From the NCBI RefSeq assembly GCF_009914755.1, contig NC_060930.1: 64,000 nucleotides of DNA. One strand, 5' to 3'. A program made the position numbers and the translations under genes. The notes below the pieces were generated by a model, which had not been told where the DNA came from, did no database searches, and was given only the letters and a program-made list of their open reading frames with translations. This stretch comes from the human T2T-CHM13v2.0 reference genome, Homo sapiens. Of the stretch, positions 1 through 17,377 are shown piece after piece (position 1 is the stretch's first letter; the number at the start of each line of letters is the position of its first letter).

Positions 1-210
1 CTTGGAGATTAACATTAGACTCCTCATTATTTATGTAAATTTCTGCAGCTGGCTTGAATTTCTCCCAAGAAAATAGGTTTTTCTTTTCTAAGACATGGTC
101 AGGCTGCAAATTTTCTAAACTTTTATGCTCTGTCACCTCTTGAATGCTTTGCTGCTTTGAAATTTCTTCATATAGATTTTCTAAGTCATCTCTTTGAAGT
201 TCAAAGTTCC
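1..210 (-). mobile_element. ERVL-MaLR (THE1/MST) internal region, left part, interrupted by L1
   Basis: Matches recalled MaLR-int antisense text (GGCTTGAATTTCTCC..AGAAAAT.GGTTTTTC, TCACCTCTTGAATGCTTTGCTGC); resumes colinearly at ~5675. Confidence 0.85.
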
Positions 211-528
211 CAGTAGGGGCCGACAGACATGTCATACAGGAGAGCTCTGGCTAGCATCTGGCAGATGCCCCTCTGGGATGAAGCTTCCAGAGAAAGGAAC
301 AGGCAGCAATCTTTGCTGTTCTCCAGCCTCTGCCGGTGATACCCAGGAAAACAGGGTCTGGAGTGGACCTCCAGCAAACTCCCACAGACCTGCAGCAGAG
401 GGGCCTGTTAGAAGGAAAACTAACAAACAGAAAGGAATAGTATCAACATCAAATAAAAAGATGCCCACTCAGAGACCCCAGCAGAAGGTCAGTGACTTCA
501 AAGACCAAAGGTAGATAAATCCATAAAG

Positions 529-1552
529 ATGGGGAGAAACCAGTGCAAAAAAGCTGAAGATTCCAAAACCCAGAACACCTCTTCTCCTCCAAAGGATCAC
601 AACTCCTCAACAGCAAGAGAAGAAAACTGAACAGAGAATGGGTTTGATGAATTGACAGAAGTAGGCTTCAGAAGGTGGGTAATAAACTCCTCCAAGCTAA
701 AGGAGCATGTTCTAACCCTATGCAAGGAAGCTGAGAACCTTGATAAAAGGTTAGATGCATTGCTTACTAGAACAGCCAGTTTAGAGAAGAACATAAATGA
801 CCTGATGGAGCTGAAAAACACAGCATGAGAACTTCGTGAAGCCTACACAAGTATCAATAGCTGAATCGATCAAGTGGAAGAAAGGATATCAGAGATTGAA
901 GATCAACTCAATGAAATAAAGTGAGAAAACAAGATTAGAGAAAAAAGAATGAAAAGAAACAAACAAAGCCTCCAAGAAATATGGGACTGTGTGAAAAGAA
1001 CAAATCTATGCTTGATTGGTGTACCTGAAAGAGACTGGGAGAATGGAACCAAGTTGGAAAACAATCTTCAGGCTATTAGCCAGGAGAACTTCCCCAAACT
1101 AGCAAGGCAGGCCAACATTCAAATTCAGGAAATACAGAGAACACCACAAAGATACTCCTGAAGAAGAGCAACCCCAAGACACATAATGATCAGATTCACC
1201 AAGGTTGAAATGAGGGAAAAAATGTTAAGGGCAGCCTGAGAGATAGGTTGGGTTACCCACAAACAGAAGCCCACCAGACTAACAGCAGATCTCTCTGCAG
1301 AAATCCTACAAGCCAGAAGAGAGTGGGGGCCAATATTCAACATTCTTAAAGAAAAGAGTTTTCAACCCAGAATTTCATATCCAGCCACACTGAGCTTCAT
1401 AAGCGAAGGAGAAATAAAATTCTTTACAGACAAGCAAATGCTGAGAGATTTTTGTCATCACCAAGCCTGCCTTATGAGAGCTCCTGAATGAAGCGCTAAA
1501 CATGGAAAGGAACAACCGGTACCAGTCACTGCAAAAACATACCAAATTGTAA
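529..1552 (+). pseudogene. L1 ORF1p, disrupted
   Basis: ATGGGGAGAAAC start; fragment MKRNKQSLQEIWDCVKRTNL..; several premature TGA. Confidence 0.88.
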
Positions 1553-1615
1553 AGACTATCAATGCTGTGAAGAAACTGCATCAACTAACGGGCAAAAGAA
1601 ACAGCTAGCATCATA

Positions 1616-5418
<3,803 letters not shown>

Positions 5419-5674
5419 ACAATGAAAGCACATGGACACAGGGAGGGGAACATCACACACCATGTCCTGTAGGGGGTTAGGGGGGTTCTGGGGAGGGATG
5501 GCATTAGGAGAAATACCTAATGTAGATGATGGGTTGATGGGTGCAGCAAACCACCATGGCATGTGAATACCTATGTAACAAACCTGCATGTTCTGCACAT
5601 GTACCCCAGAACTTAAAGTATAATAGAAATAAATAAATAAATAATAAGTGAAGCTCAAAACAAACAAACAAGGC

Positions 5675-6001
5675 TCCAAAGATCTCTACGGCAGAGGCAA
5701 AATGCCGCCAGTCTCTTTGCTAAAGCATAGCAAGAGTTACTTTTACTCCAGTTCCCAATAAGTTCCTCATCTGCACCTGAGACCACCTCAGCCTAGGCTT
5801 TACTGTTTACATCACTATCAGCATTTTGGTCAAAATCATTTAACAGGTCTTTAGGAAGTTCCAAACTTTCTGACATCTTCCTGTCTTCTTGTGTACCCTC
5901 AGAATGGTTGCAACCTCTGCCTGTTACCCAGTTTCAAAGTTGCTTCCACATTTTCAGGTTATCTTTATAGCAGTACCCCACTCTATGCAGTACCAATTTC
6001 T
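5675..6001 (-). mobile_element. MaLR internal region, right part
   Basis: GGCAAAATGCCGCCAGTCTCTTTGCTAAA...GTACCAATT continuing the 1-210 piece up to the LTR. Confidence 0.85.
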
Positions 6002-6353
6002 TGTATTAGTTCATTTTCACTCTGCTATAAAGAACTTCCCCAAACTGGGTAATTTACAAAGAAATGAGGTTCTGTTGACTCACATTTCCACATGGCTGGG
6101 GTGGCCTCAGGGAACCCACAATCATGGTGGAAGGGAAAGCAGGCACTTCTTACATGCGGAGAGAGAGAGTGAAGGGGGAAAGAGCCCCTTATAAAACCAC
6201 CAGATCTTGTGACAACTCACTCACTGTCATGAGAACGACACAGCAGTAACCACCCCCATGATCCAATCACCTCCCACCAGGCCTCTCCCTTGACATGTGG
6301 GTATTACAGTTTGAGATGAGATTTAAATGGGGACACAGAACCAAGCCATATCA
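6002..6353 (-). mobile_element. MaLR LTR (THE1D/MSTA-like), 5' LTR of the minus-strand element
   Basis: TGTATTAGT...GGGGACACAG..CCATATCA termini, ~350 bp. Confidence 0.85.
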
Positions 6354-6422
6354 ATGGGTTTAATTTTATGGGTAAGTTAGGGAATGTAGAAATAAGTAAG
6401 AAAGGTATCAAGAATTCATGTG

Positions 6423-6559
6423 ACTGGGCACAGTTGGTGGCACCTGTAATTCCCGTGATTTGGGAAGCTGAAGTGGAAGGATCCCTTGAGAGCAGGAATC
6501 AAGATTTGAGACCAACCTGGGCAACAAGTGGTACACAGTGTCCTGAAAAAAAAGAAAAA
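6423..6559 (+). mobile_element. Free left Alu monomer (FLAM)/AluJ fragment
   Basis: Degenerate Alu left arm followed by A-rich tail. Confidence 0.7.
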
Positions 6560-6796
6560 GAGATGGTGTGATTGTGAATAAATAGAGTATAATTAAGTAC
6601 ACTTAACTTAAGTATTGTTAAGTATACTTGAGATCCACTCTAAAATGGTAAATTAGTTCAAGGTGGACCTTATAAACAGAAAAAAAATGTAAGGGTTAAG
6701 GGTTCAGCAAAATGAAATATAAAGTCTATGGGATCCAGTGTGTAAGAGGGACTTAGAATATTGTAGATGAACTCTGTAGGTTTTGTTTATTCATAC

Positions 6797-7059
6797 TTTT
6801 TTTTTTTCTAAGACAGAGTCTCACTGTGTCACCCAGGCTGGAGTGCAGTGGCACGATCTCGGTTTACTGAAACCTCCACCTCCCATGTTCAATCAGTTCT
6901 CCTGCCTCAGCCTCCCGAGTAGCTGAGATTACAGGCACACACCACCACACCCGGCTAACTTTTGTATTTTTAGTAGAGATGGGGTTTTACCATGTTGGCC
7001 AGGCTGGTCTTGAACTCTTGACCTCATGATCTGCCCACCTCGGACTCCCATGTGCTGGG
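6797..7059 (-). mobile_element. AluS (Sg-like), 5' end truncated
   Basis: Poly-T then reverse-complement Alu dimer. Confidence 0.9.
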
Positions 7060-7197
7060 TGTTTATTATAATGTTTAATTGATATTTCATGTACTTTTGG
7101 TTATGATTGCATACTTTAGCATAATTTAGATTTCTGATCTCCATAATTATGTAATAATAAAAAACATGAAACAATATGTGTCAAATTGTGCTGGAAT

Positions 7198-7198
<1 letters not shown>

Positions 7199-7228
<30 letters not shown>
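7199..7228. repeat. (GT)15 microsatellite
   Basis: Direct reading. Confidence 0.97.
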
Positions 7229-7230
<2 letters not shown>

Positions 7231-7960
7231 TTTACCTCTATTAAATCTAATGACAAACAGATAGGTGCAATAAATTGGAGAGACATTACCGCAAGCTTGT
7301 CTGCACAATAATAAATGAAGGCAGAAACTTTATTTGACTTTTGCTTTACCTTAGTGTCTCCTGGAAAAACAGGAATTACAGAAAGCGGCACCAGCATGGC
7401 TTCATTATCTTTTCTCTCCTTTGGGCATGATGCTTTCTTAGCCATGCTTTGAGGTCTAACTCAGTCATACAAGCAAAGAATAGAATCTGGTTGTAGTTAT
7501 GAAAGACCCATTTAAAGGGACAAGGATATATTAGTCTATGTCCATGCTGTATATTACTCAAACAAGAATGGATACTTAAAAATCTTTATGAATAAATATT
7601 TATGACTATTATCAGATATTATAACCCATTAATACTAATATTGAAAATATTTAATCTTTTCTAAGAAAACTTTTTTTCCTATTTATGTTTTTTCTCTTCT
7701 AAGGACACATACTATAGTCACAGCTGCCCACTATTATTTACCTTATTAGGGAGTGAGTGGTTTCCAGTATGGAAGCATTGGTTTCCAGTGTAAATGCTAT
7801 TTGTAGTTGTCAGAGTTTTCATCGTTGAGGACAGATAGGAGCAGAACTAAATTGGTTATGGGTTATAAAAGTTATTAATAGTAGATGCTATAAAAAAGCA
7901 TATTATTGGCTTTTTTTTAGCTGATTTTAAATAATTATTGCAATAGCCATATTCTTTTGG

Positions 7961-8095
7961 TTTCTCTCTTTCTCTCCCTCCCTCCCTCTCTCTCTCCCTC
8001 TCTCTCTCTCTCTTTCTCTCCCTCTTTGTATTCCTCTCTCTCCCCCCCGCCGCCTTCTCCTTCTCTCTATTTCTATTTCTGTCCTTCTGTCTCAT
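7961..8095. repeat. CT-rich low-complexity tract
   Basis: (CT)n/(CCCT)n runs. Confidence 0.9.
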
Positions 8096-8439
8096 CTTTC
8101 TAGGCTATCTATGTAATTGTTGTGGTTTGGTATAATTTTCCAAGGAGTTGATCATGGTTCATTATAAATATTAAAGATGACAGAAGACCTGTTATAGCCC
8201 ACAGCAAGTTTCAGCTCTAAGCATTTCCCCTGATGAGGTGTCTGCTACAGATGATTCTATTGTTTAGTGAAAAGATCATAAGGATGACAAGAGACAGGGC
8301 CTCTGGCCTTAAGGAACTCATAAACAAGTGGATAACATTTAGAAATCAATGAACACTATAATGGAAATGTACAGAAGCTGGAATAGAGCACACAGCCTCT
8401 TTGCTGTCATTGGAAGGTGATTGGACTTGGAATGTAATG

Positions 8440-8620
8440 ATTTCACTTGTTCACTGTGTGGCTCTTTCTCAGTTCTCTTAATCAAGCTGAGCTTCGTTTC
8501 CTAATTGGCAAATTAGAGATCAAAATAACATATCTTTCAGGGTTTTTGTGAATATCAGTTGAATTGTTTGATGAAGCTAGTTTGTATAATAAAATATGAA
8601 TATAAGGTTCTTTTATTCAG
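8440..8620 (+). mobile_element. MIR fragment
   Basis: Degenerate MIR core (CTGTGTG..CT..CTGAGCTTCGTTTCCT..T.GCAAA). Confidence 0.5.
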
Positions 8621-9248
8621 CTTGATATTTTGACTTTAACATTGGGAGCCATATTGTGTAAAATCCCAGCATAGTTCTCTGTTGTGACATTAAAGCATTC
8701 CTTTAGAGCACTGAAAGGAGATTCTTCTTTGTGTGTTTTTCCATATTAGCATTTCTAACATATGCTCTCATGACATTTTTCTGATGGTATAGAAATAAAG
8801 CAGCCTGTAAGAAAGGTGGTCAATGTTGTGTATTCCTGTCCCCATAGCATACATTGGTAGAGGTACTCTTTCAAATTTGTACTTGTCATGCCTGAAGGGG
8901 ATGAGATGGAGTGGATGTGGCTTGCCAAAAGGCATGGCAGTGAGAAGTAGAGAGAAAAACTGGCAATCACCTTTTTTCTTCCCAATTTATCCATTGGTAG
9001 AATTCATTTTCTGAGTTTTTCTTGAAATAATTACACATGAAGTTAAGCTTACCTTTAAGATTAATGCAATTGTTCTGTTTTTTAAATTACTTTAACTTCC
9101 ATGAAAGAAAAGTATAATTTTCTAGATTAGTGTAGTCCGTATTTCCCCTTTATTTATGTGAAGAATGAAGTTAATGTCTTGAGAAGTCATTTTCAGTGTC
9201 TATTCACCTAAAATGATCAGTCCATCTGGCTGTGTTAATATAGAAATA

Positions 9249-9555
9249 GGACAGGCGTGGTGGCTCATGCCTGTAATCCCAGCACTTTGGGAGGCCGAGG
9301 CGGGTGGATCACAGGGTCAAGAGATCGAGACCATCCTGGCCAACATGGTGAAACCCTGTCTGTACTAAAAATACAAAAATTAGCTGGGTGTGGTGGCATG
9401 TGCCTGTAGTCCCAGCTACTTGGGAGGCTGAGGCAGGAGAATCACTTGAACCCAGGAGGTGGAGGTTCTGTGAGCCAAGATCGTGCCACTGCACTCCAGC
9501 TTGGTGACAGAGCAAGACTCCATCTCACAAAAAAAAAAAAAAAAAGAAAGAAAGA
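9249..9555 (+). mobile_element. AluSc
   Basis: GTCAAGAGATCGAGACCATCCTGGCCAACATGG diagnostics, poly-A, short TSD AGAAATA(G). Confidence 0.93.
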
Positions 9556-10265
9556 AATAGCCACATGCAGTTCAGTTTGTTTGCTGATCGATCATTTTTC
9601 TGGTTACCACTACTTTTTGAACTTTCTGCATTATCATTGTCTCCTTTTAATTATCTCCTTTTAAGCATGGCATGTAGAAGTTGTAGTGATAATTAGCAAG
9701 CACATGTCTGCACATTTTTGATGGTTATAGTAGACACTTGTTAAATGAATAAATTCTAAGTTAAAGCTCAATCCTCCAATTCTACTTCATCAGCTTCCTT
9801 TTTTTCTGAAGGACAAGAGCAGCAAATTAGATTTACGAACCATATGGTGGAGAATGTAGAAGATGTCACATTTACCATTCTTTTTGTGCACTGTTCAACC
9901 ACTGTCCCCCTTTCTCAAACTTTAAGAAAATATTACTGTCAGGTGAAATCTCCTTTAATTTCCTGTATGCCAATAGTAGTTCTGCACAACCCTATACTTT
10001 TTCATTCTTTTTCCTTCGGCTTAGAGAAAAGTGTTTACTTTGGCATTACAGATCCCAGCCCATCCAGTGGGTCCTTAACTCAGTCTCCTATCTTCTCCAG
10101 GGCCATGTCTCACCTGCCATTCTTTTCTCATATTTCCAACCTCTGCTTATCCATTGTGTTTTTTTATTTGTTTTTAATTGCTCATTTCACTCAATTTGTC
10201 ATGCCACATTTGTCTGCAGTTGCTATCCATTTTATGCTTTCCTGATCTAAGTCCTCAGAAGTGTC

Positions 10266-10334
10266 CTTCACTTACTTTCTTCACTTACTTCCAGTCTTCA
10301 CTTACTTTCTTCACTTCCAGTCTTCACTTACTTT
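10266..10334. repeat. Short minisatellite built from CTTCACTTACTT units
   Basis: Direct reading; ~13-bp subunit, ~30-bp higher-order period. Confidence 0.85.
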
Positions 10335-11546
10335 ATTCTCATTCACTCTTTAGTCCATTGCAATAAGTTCTCTGTCTGCCACCCTGTCTAATCGATCAAA
10401 ACTGCTCTGGATGAAGCTGCTATGAATGAGGTAACTGGTGTTTTGTTTGTTTGTTTGTTTGTTTAAATTAGCAATTCCAACAGACATTTTTTCAACCTAT
10501 TGTTTTGGTGGATTTTTTTGCTTCATGTATGTAACTCTTCTTGAAACTGTTTCCTTGACTTTTATGACACAATCATTTTTTCTTGTACCTTTTAAATTGT
10601 TCCTTCTCTATGTTCTTAATGACTGTTATGTCTCTATCCAGCCTTCAAATACTGATCCTATTCAGGGTATCTTTTTTGATCCTTTGTTTACTCACTGCCC
10701 ATACTCTCTCTGAATGATTGTAATCATTTTTATAGTTTCTGCTATCTACACACTGATAACTCCTAAAATGCATTTTCAGTCTAGACCTTCTCCCCAGTCT
10801 TAGGCTTATGTGACCAGTTTCTAAAGGATCATCTCTGACTAGATTTTCTCCAGCTGCCTCAGAATTTATGTGACTAAACCTGAACTTTTTATAGTCTCTT
10901 CTAAGCCATTTCTTTTATCTTTTTACTATTTCATTTGGCAGCACCATAATCTACCTTGTCACCTAAGTCAGAACCATGGAATGCATGTATTCATACTTTC
11001 ACTTCATTGCCCATATTCAGTCAGTAAGCTGGTCTCCAGATTACATATTGATATTTTGTGTTTATTTTCCCAGTCAGTCCTTTTCTTTCTCTTCCACTGC
11101 AGCTGCTTAGTTCATTTCACTCTTCACCCAATGTTGGGACTAATAGAGGTGCTTTTCAGTTGATCGCTCAATGTTTTATTATGTTCGCCTCAAATAAGCC
11201 CTTCCTATAGCCAATAGAATGATGAAATTAAAATAAGACTATTTCATTTTTCTGCATTACAACTTTCAGTGCCTCATTCCTGTTCCCACTGCTGACAGCC
11301 ATATTTCTCATATTTAGTTTCATGGATATGTGTGTACTTTAGAATATTCAATGAGAACTTTTCAATTTGGTTTATGCATTTTACTGATAATCATTTTAAA
11401 AACAACCACAACTTTGTTTGTGTTTATGATGGCATGTCTGTCAAAGAGTGACCGAGAGTAATTAGATTTAGCTTTAAATGCAGTATTTTTCAGCCAAGAT
11501 GAGGAAATTCTAGAAGTTATAGACATAGTTTCATGGATCTATACCA

Positions 11547-11702
11547 CATACACACACATGTGTACATACACAGGTACATACACATGTATATACATATATA
11601 TACACACATATATATACACACATATATGATATACATATACAGAGATATGTAGATATCTATATATATTTATATTTGTATATCAGATATTTTATGTGTGTAT
11701 GT
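11547..11702. repeat. (CA)/(TA)-rich simple repeat
   Basis: Direct reading. Confidence 0.85.
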
Positions 11703-11742
11703 GCATAATTTTTCCAAAGGGGTCTTATATTATTCAAGTTGG

Positions 11743-11802
11743 AAATTCACTCTGCACTTTACAGGATGAATTGTAAATTCACTCTACACTTTACAGGATG
11801 AA
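11743..11802. repeat. 28-bp tandem duplication, 1 mismatch, 4-bp spacer
   Basis: AAATTCACTCT(G/A)CACTTTACAGGATGAA at 11743-11770 and 11775-11802. Confidence 0.95.
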
Positions 11803-12480
11803 GGTTCTTAACATGTCTTATATTATCTTTTATGATCTGGCCTCTATATTATTTATCTTAGTCTCTTACTTTATACTTTCTGTGGAAGCAACATCAAATT
11901 ACTTGAGAGTCCTCATATACACAAATGCTATTATTTTTCCTGTTGTATTTATGCGTTTACATTTACCCCTTAGGTGTATGGTATTTTTTTGCCTTCTGTC
12001 TTCTCCTGACTTTAACTTTGAGCTCCTACTTTATAAGTAGTTCCATCATGACCTCTTCCAGGATACACTAATCTAACAAGGTAGGCTGTTCAATGGCCCT
12101 CCTGATTTTATAGTTCCCTCAGTAAATCTCTATGTCTGGGTACACCTTATTGCTTTGTAGTTACCTATTGGATTCACTACCAGACTGTGACCTCCTTCAG
12201 GTCTTGTGGCTTTCTCTTCTGCATCTTTCAAGCATGGCATTGTAATTGAATGAGAGATAATGACCTGAAAACACATGAATGAGTCACCTTTCTACCCATG
12301 AAGATAAAGACCTTTTTTCTACAATCTCTACAATTTCTTTCACAGTTTTTTCTTTACTCAGTTTTTACACTACTGCTTGTTAAATGCTTAATGTGTATTT
12401 ATATACTTCATTTCTTATTTTAAGATAAGTATCAATGGCTAGTTTTACATGAAGAAATTTCAGCTGCATGAAGATAATCC

Positions 12481-12501
12481 TTCTATTCCTTTATTTTTCA
12501 G
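12481..12501 (+). promoter_or_regulatory. 3' splice acceptor of the MEI4 exon
   Basis: Polypyrimidine tract TTCTATTCCTTTATTTTTCAG. Confidence 0.9.
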
Positions 12502-13037
12502 GATACGTTTCCTCCCAGTTGGAGGCTCAGGAACCTAAGAGTTCTGAAAGTACATTAACTTCGATGGAAGATTCTGGATGTGATTTGTCGAATGAGCAGA
12601 GAACTGAATCCTCAGACCTGTCCCAGCACTTTGTGGAAAGCTGTACCCCCACTCACTTTCCACCACTGCCTCTTGTGAAAAGACCTTGTGCTATCCTGCA
12701 AAATCCTTTGTCTTCTCACATGCAATTCTTGCAATATCTACTTGAATTAAAGAACTTGACAGAATCAGGTAATCTTAAAAGAGACTTAACCCACTTTGAA
12801 AAAGACTCTTCCACAGTCTCTGATTCTGTTTTTCAATTGCTGGATGGCCTGATCACTTTTTACCGTAATCCCAAACTTCCTTTTTCAAGATTTTGGACAG
12901 AAGCTGTTGGTACTTTAGCTAGTCTGATCAGTGACTATAACTTATCTAGTCATATTCTTAAAAAGTGTTCCAAGAAGTTGGAAGAATTTGAGAAAACCCT
13001 ACTACATGCTATTTTAGGAAACAATCATATAAATCAG
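12502..13037 (+). CDS. MEI4: Meiosis-specific protein MEI4, internal 536-nt coding exon (phase 1 in, phase 0 out)
   Basis: Stop-free, non-repeat frame (G)YVSSQLEAQEPKSSES...SHMQFLQYLLELK...LLHAILGNNHINQ, recognised from memory as the middle of human MEI4; bounded by AG and GTGAGT. Confidence 0.93.
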
Positions 13038-13043
13038 GTGAGT
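13035..13043 (+). promoter_or_regulatory. 5' splice donor of the MEI4 exon
   Basis: Consensus CAG|GTGAGT. Confidence 0.92.
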
Positions 13044-14560
13044 AATAAATCCCTCTTTTATTCCTAAAATGCTAGTAATTTTAGTGAACATCTCTTTGGG
13101 TAATGTCTGTTGTTGTCCCTTAGCCTTGTGGCTCAAGGAATCCCTTATTGGGTCTTTTTCTGCAGCTGTCTGCAGCTCTTATCTGTCATGATGTCTCCAC
13201 TTCTAGCCTCTGATTGCTACAGCATAGTTTTCTGCATAGATGCCTTTGCTTCAAACTTGTTCTGCTCTGCTTTGAATTACTTTCTCTGTTTTATTATCAG
13301 CACCCTTGGATTCTTTTATTCTTATGTTTTCCCTTTTCTGTTTCTATTTCTTATTCAAAAAGTCTCAAAACTTTTGAGAAAACTGCTAACAAATAAGGTT
13401 TTCCAAACTTAACGTCTGTGAGTGTTAAATTCCTCATGATGGATTATCTGTACTGTATTGAATTTGCTCTTTTTCTGGCATTGACTAGCAAATGCCTTGG
13501 GGTTGAAGAATATTTTTCTCTTCTTTTGGCCTTTCCCTTGTAAGTGATAAATGCCCCATGGACCCTCTGCAGATGTAGGTGAATTGAATAAATTGGCTAA
13601 GGAGCACATAATATAAAGCTTTATTATGTTTTATTTCCTTACTTATTTATTTATTTAACATGGCTTAGAAAGATTTACTCAGGGATTCTTTCTTAACAAG
13701 TGACATTGAGATAACCTGAAGTTGTTTTGTTGTTTGGCTCTTGAGACATGATAGAGAATTTCTTTTTCATATTATTTCTGCCTTCTTTAATATCTGATCC
13801 TTTTTCTGGGAAATTCCAAATGGCTTCACATTTTAATCCTCTTTATTTGACTACCAAAAATATAATAGAAGAAACTAAAAGGTCTATCTAACTTATTTAC
13901 TATATTTCATTGTAGGAAAAAGGTTATTGGACCTTGTTTCTTTGGATACATCATTGTTAAATATTTGCCTCCGTGCTATGATCTAACATTTAGGGTTTTT
14001 GTACAGTGGAGGCTTTATCTGAGTTTTCAAAATTTTGAATAAAATTTGCACTGATAAACCAATTTGTTTCATGTACAGCTGTTCTTTCCTTCTCTATTAA
14101 GGTATGATTTGATCAATATTTTAAAAACTTTGTGAGTAAGCTTCGGCATTTGTGAAAGATATTGAATTTTCTGTCTGGAAAATGGAAATCTTTTTCTTTT
14201 GGACATGGTCAATCAGGAATTAAATATCAGATTTGCCATAGTTGTATCTGAGATATAAAATCCATTTCTAAACCATGAAAATATCTTAAATACTTGATAT
14301 TTTTTAAACTTCTTTTTATACTTTTGCTTTCTTTTTAAACACTACTTTAAGCAGTCTTTATGTAACTTGGAACCTTGAAGATACTGGCATTTATAGTCCA
14401 TATCAGAATTACTGAATGATGCAAATATTTTTCCAGTCTAGTCTTTGCCTTCATATATGTATTGGAGGTTGATATGACTTAAACCTATACAAGAGTAGCC
14501 TTGGGAATTGTATGGAAGGAGGATAATGTGTAGAATAAACTACACATAAACTTGTGAATG

Positions 14561-14858
14561 AAAGTCCTCTTTTCTCTTTCTTCCACCTTCCTCAAGCAGA
14601 TGGACCAAGTCTTGGAGGTGCAAGCTGTGCTGCCTGGGGTTTGTGGAGGGGTGACATAAGCACTTCCTTGGTTGCCTCAGCTAGTATCTCACTATGTTCC
14701 ATGCACACCAAGTTCCCTGGCTCTGAGCCCAGCACAGCACCAGGACTTGTGCAGAAATTGTTGTCCTTGTGGTCTAGGTTGCCCTTCGTGTTTATTTAGA
14801 ACCCCAGAATGGTTTAGTCCATGGTGGCAGGACTTGCCAAAACTCAGGTTCCAACTGC
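14561..14858 (-). mobile_element. Isolated L1MA/L1M1-type 5'UTR fragment, inverted copy of 20713-21005
   Basis: About 90% identity by manual alignment to the reverse complement of 20713-21005. Confidence 0.85.
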
Positions 14859-15016
14859 AGCAATTACCCGTGCAAGAAAGCCATTCATTCACTTGTTCTT
14901 CTACTGTTGACCAACTGTTCAGCAATGGTTGGCACAATGGCAAGTGACATAGGAAATATATATTTCATCTATAGATCCACCTATACCATCACAAGTTTGA
15001 AATGAAAACTCAAGTT

Positions 15017-15879
<863 letters not shown>

Positions 15880-16394
15880 TAGTGGACTTTAATACCTCAA
15901 TTACAATAATGGATGGAACATCCAGACAGAAAAATCAATAAAGAAACAGCTGACTTGAACAACACTGTAGAGTAAATGGATTTAATTGACATATACAGAA
16001 CTTTCCAGTCAACAGCAAAAGAATACACATTCTTCTCAAGTGCACACAGAATGTTCTCCAGGATAAATCAAATTTTAGGTCACAAAACATGTCTTAACCA
16101 TTTTAGAAGTTCAAAAGCTTTCTAGATGTTTCTTTCTGACCACAATATAATGAAATTAGAATACAACAACAATAGGTAAAATGGTAAAATTGACAAGTAT
16201 GTAGAAACTAAACAATACAATTTTGAACAAACTTTGTGTCAAAGAAGAAATCAAAGGGAAATTCAAAAGTATCTCAAGACAAACAAAAATGAAAACAGAA
16301 TTTACCGAAACCTATGGGATGCAGCAAAAGTAGTAATAAGGACATTTATAAGGTTGAATGTCTACATCAAAAAATAAGAATCTTAAATGAACAA
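15880..16394 (+). mobile_element. Old L1 endonuclease-region fragment, inverted relative to 15017-15879
   Basis: GGACTTTAATACC..CATCCAGACAGAAAAATCAATAAAGAAAC..TCTGACCAC. Confidence 0.78.
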
Positions 16395-16409
16395 GTTTTC
16401 AATTATTTT

Positions 16410-16590
16410 TAGCACAGTGATCAATAGCTCGAATTAGAATTCTGAAGCTTTTACTCAATAGCTATGACCTTAGACAAGTTAACTAACCTCCAAGTTCTAC
16501 ATCTGTAAAATGTAGGTAATAAATGTGACCACTTCATCGGGCTAAATACTAAGCATAATTTCTGACATCATATAAAAACTTAATAAATGT
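16410..16590 (+). mobile_element. MIR
   Basis: TAGCTATGACCTTAGACAAGTTAACTAACCTC..CATCTGTAAAATG core. Confidence 0.75.
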
Positions 16591-16777
16591 TTCTTTTTGT
16601 TACTTTTCTCTTGAGGAAGTGATTATATCTTATTTTCTCTACTATGCCCAAGACAATGTTGAGTTTGTTGTAGCAGCAACGTGAGATATTTTTTTGAATT
16701 GAAAATAAGATAATGAGAAGAAGTGACAACTTATATTTCATATACCCTCATAAACTTAAATACCATCAGCTGATTTT

Positions 16778-17377
16778 ATTTTTTTTTAAATTTTATTATT
16801 ATTATACTTTAAGTTTTAGGGTACATGTGCACAACGTGCAGGTTTGTTACATATGTATACATGTGCTGTGTTGGTGTGCTGCACCCATTAACTGGTCATT
16901 TAGCATTAGGTATATCTCCTAATGCTATCCCTCTCCCCTCCCCCCACCCCACAACAGTCCCTGGTGTGAACTAGTTCAACCATTGTGGAAGACAGTGTGG
17001 CAATTCCTCAGGGATCTAGAACTAGAAATTCCATTTGACCCAGCCATCCCATTACTGGGTATATACCCAAAGGATTATAAATCATGCTGCTATAAAGACA
17101 CATGCACACATATGTTTATTGCAGCACTATGCACAATAGCAAAGACTTGGAACCAACCCAAATGTCCAACAATGATAGACTGGATTAAGAAAATGTGGCA
17201 CATATATACCATTGAATATTATGCAGCCATAAAAAATGATGAGTTCATGTCCTTTGTAGGATGAAGCTGGAAACCATCATTCTCAGCAAAGTATCGCAAG
17301 GACAAAAAACCAAACACCACATGTTCTCACTCATAGATGGGAATTGAACAATAAGAACACATGGACACAGGAAGGGG
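16778..17377 (-). mobile_element. 5'-inverted (twin-primed) L1PA4/5 3' fragment
   Basis: Minus-strand 3'UTR 16778-16968, plus-strand piece 16969-17377; perfect 16-bp TSD ACCATCAGCTGATTTT at 16762 and 17378. Confidence 0.95.

Larger units (their letters stand above)
9990..12255 (+). mobile_element. LINE-2 remnant, fragmented (interrupted at about 11280-11800)
   Basis: Pyrimidine-rich degenerate L2 text (CTGATAACTCCTAAAAT, TAGACCTTCTCC, CTAAACCTGAACT, CCAGACTGTGA.CTCCTT). Confidence 0.6.

Noticed and set aside
6002-6353. PRDM9 hotspot motif in the THE1/MST LTR
   Set aside because: I did not see the CCTCCCTNNCCAC motif in this copy.
10266-11802. CRISPR-like repeat-spacer arrays
   Set aside because: Only 2-3 copies, no unique regular spacers, eukaryotic intron.
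12468-13067. 199-aa ORF as a standalone gene starting at 12468
   Set aside because: The first 11 and last 9 residues are intronic; the splice sites define an internal exon at 12502-13037.
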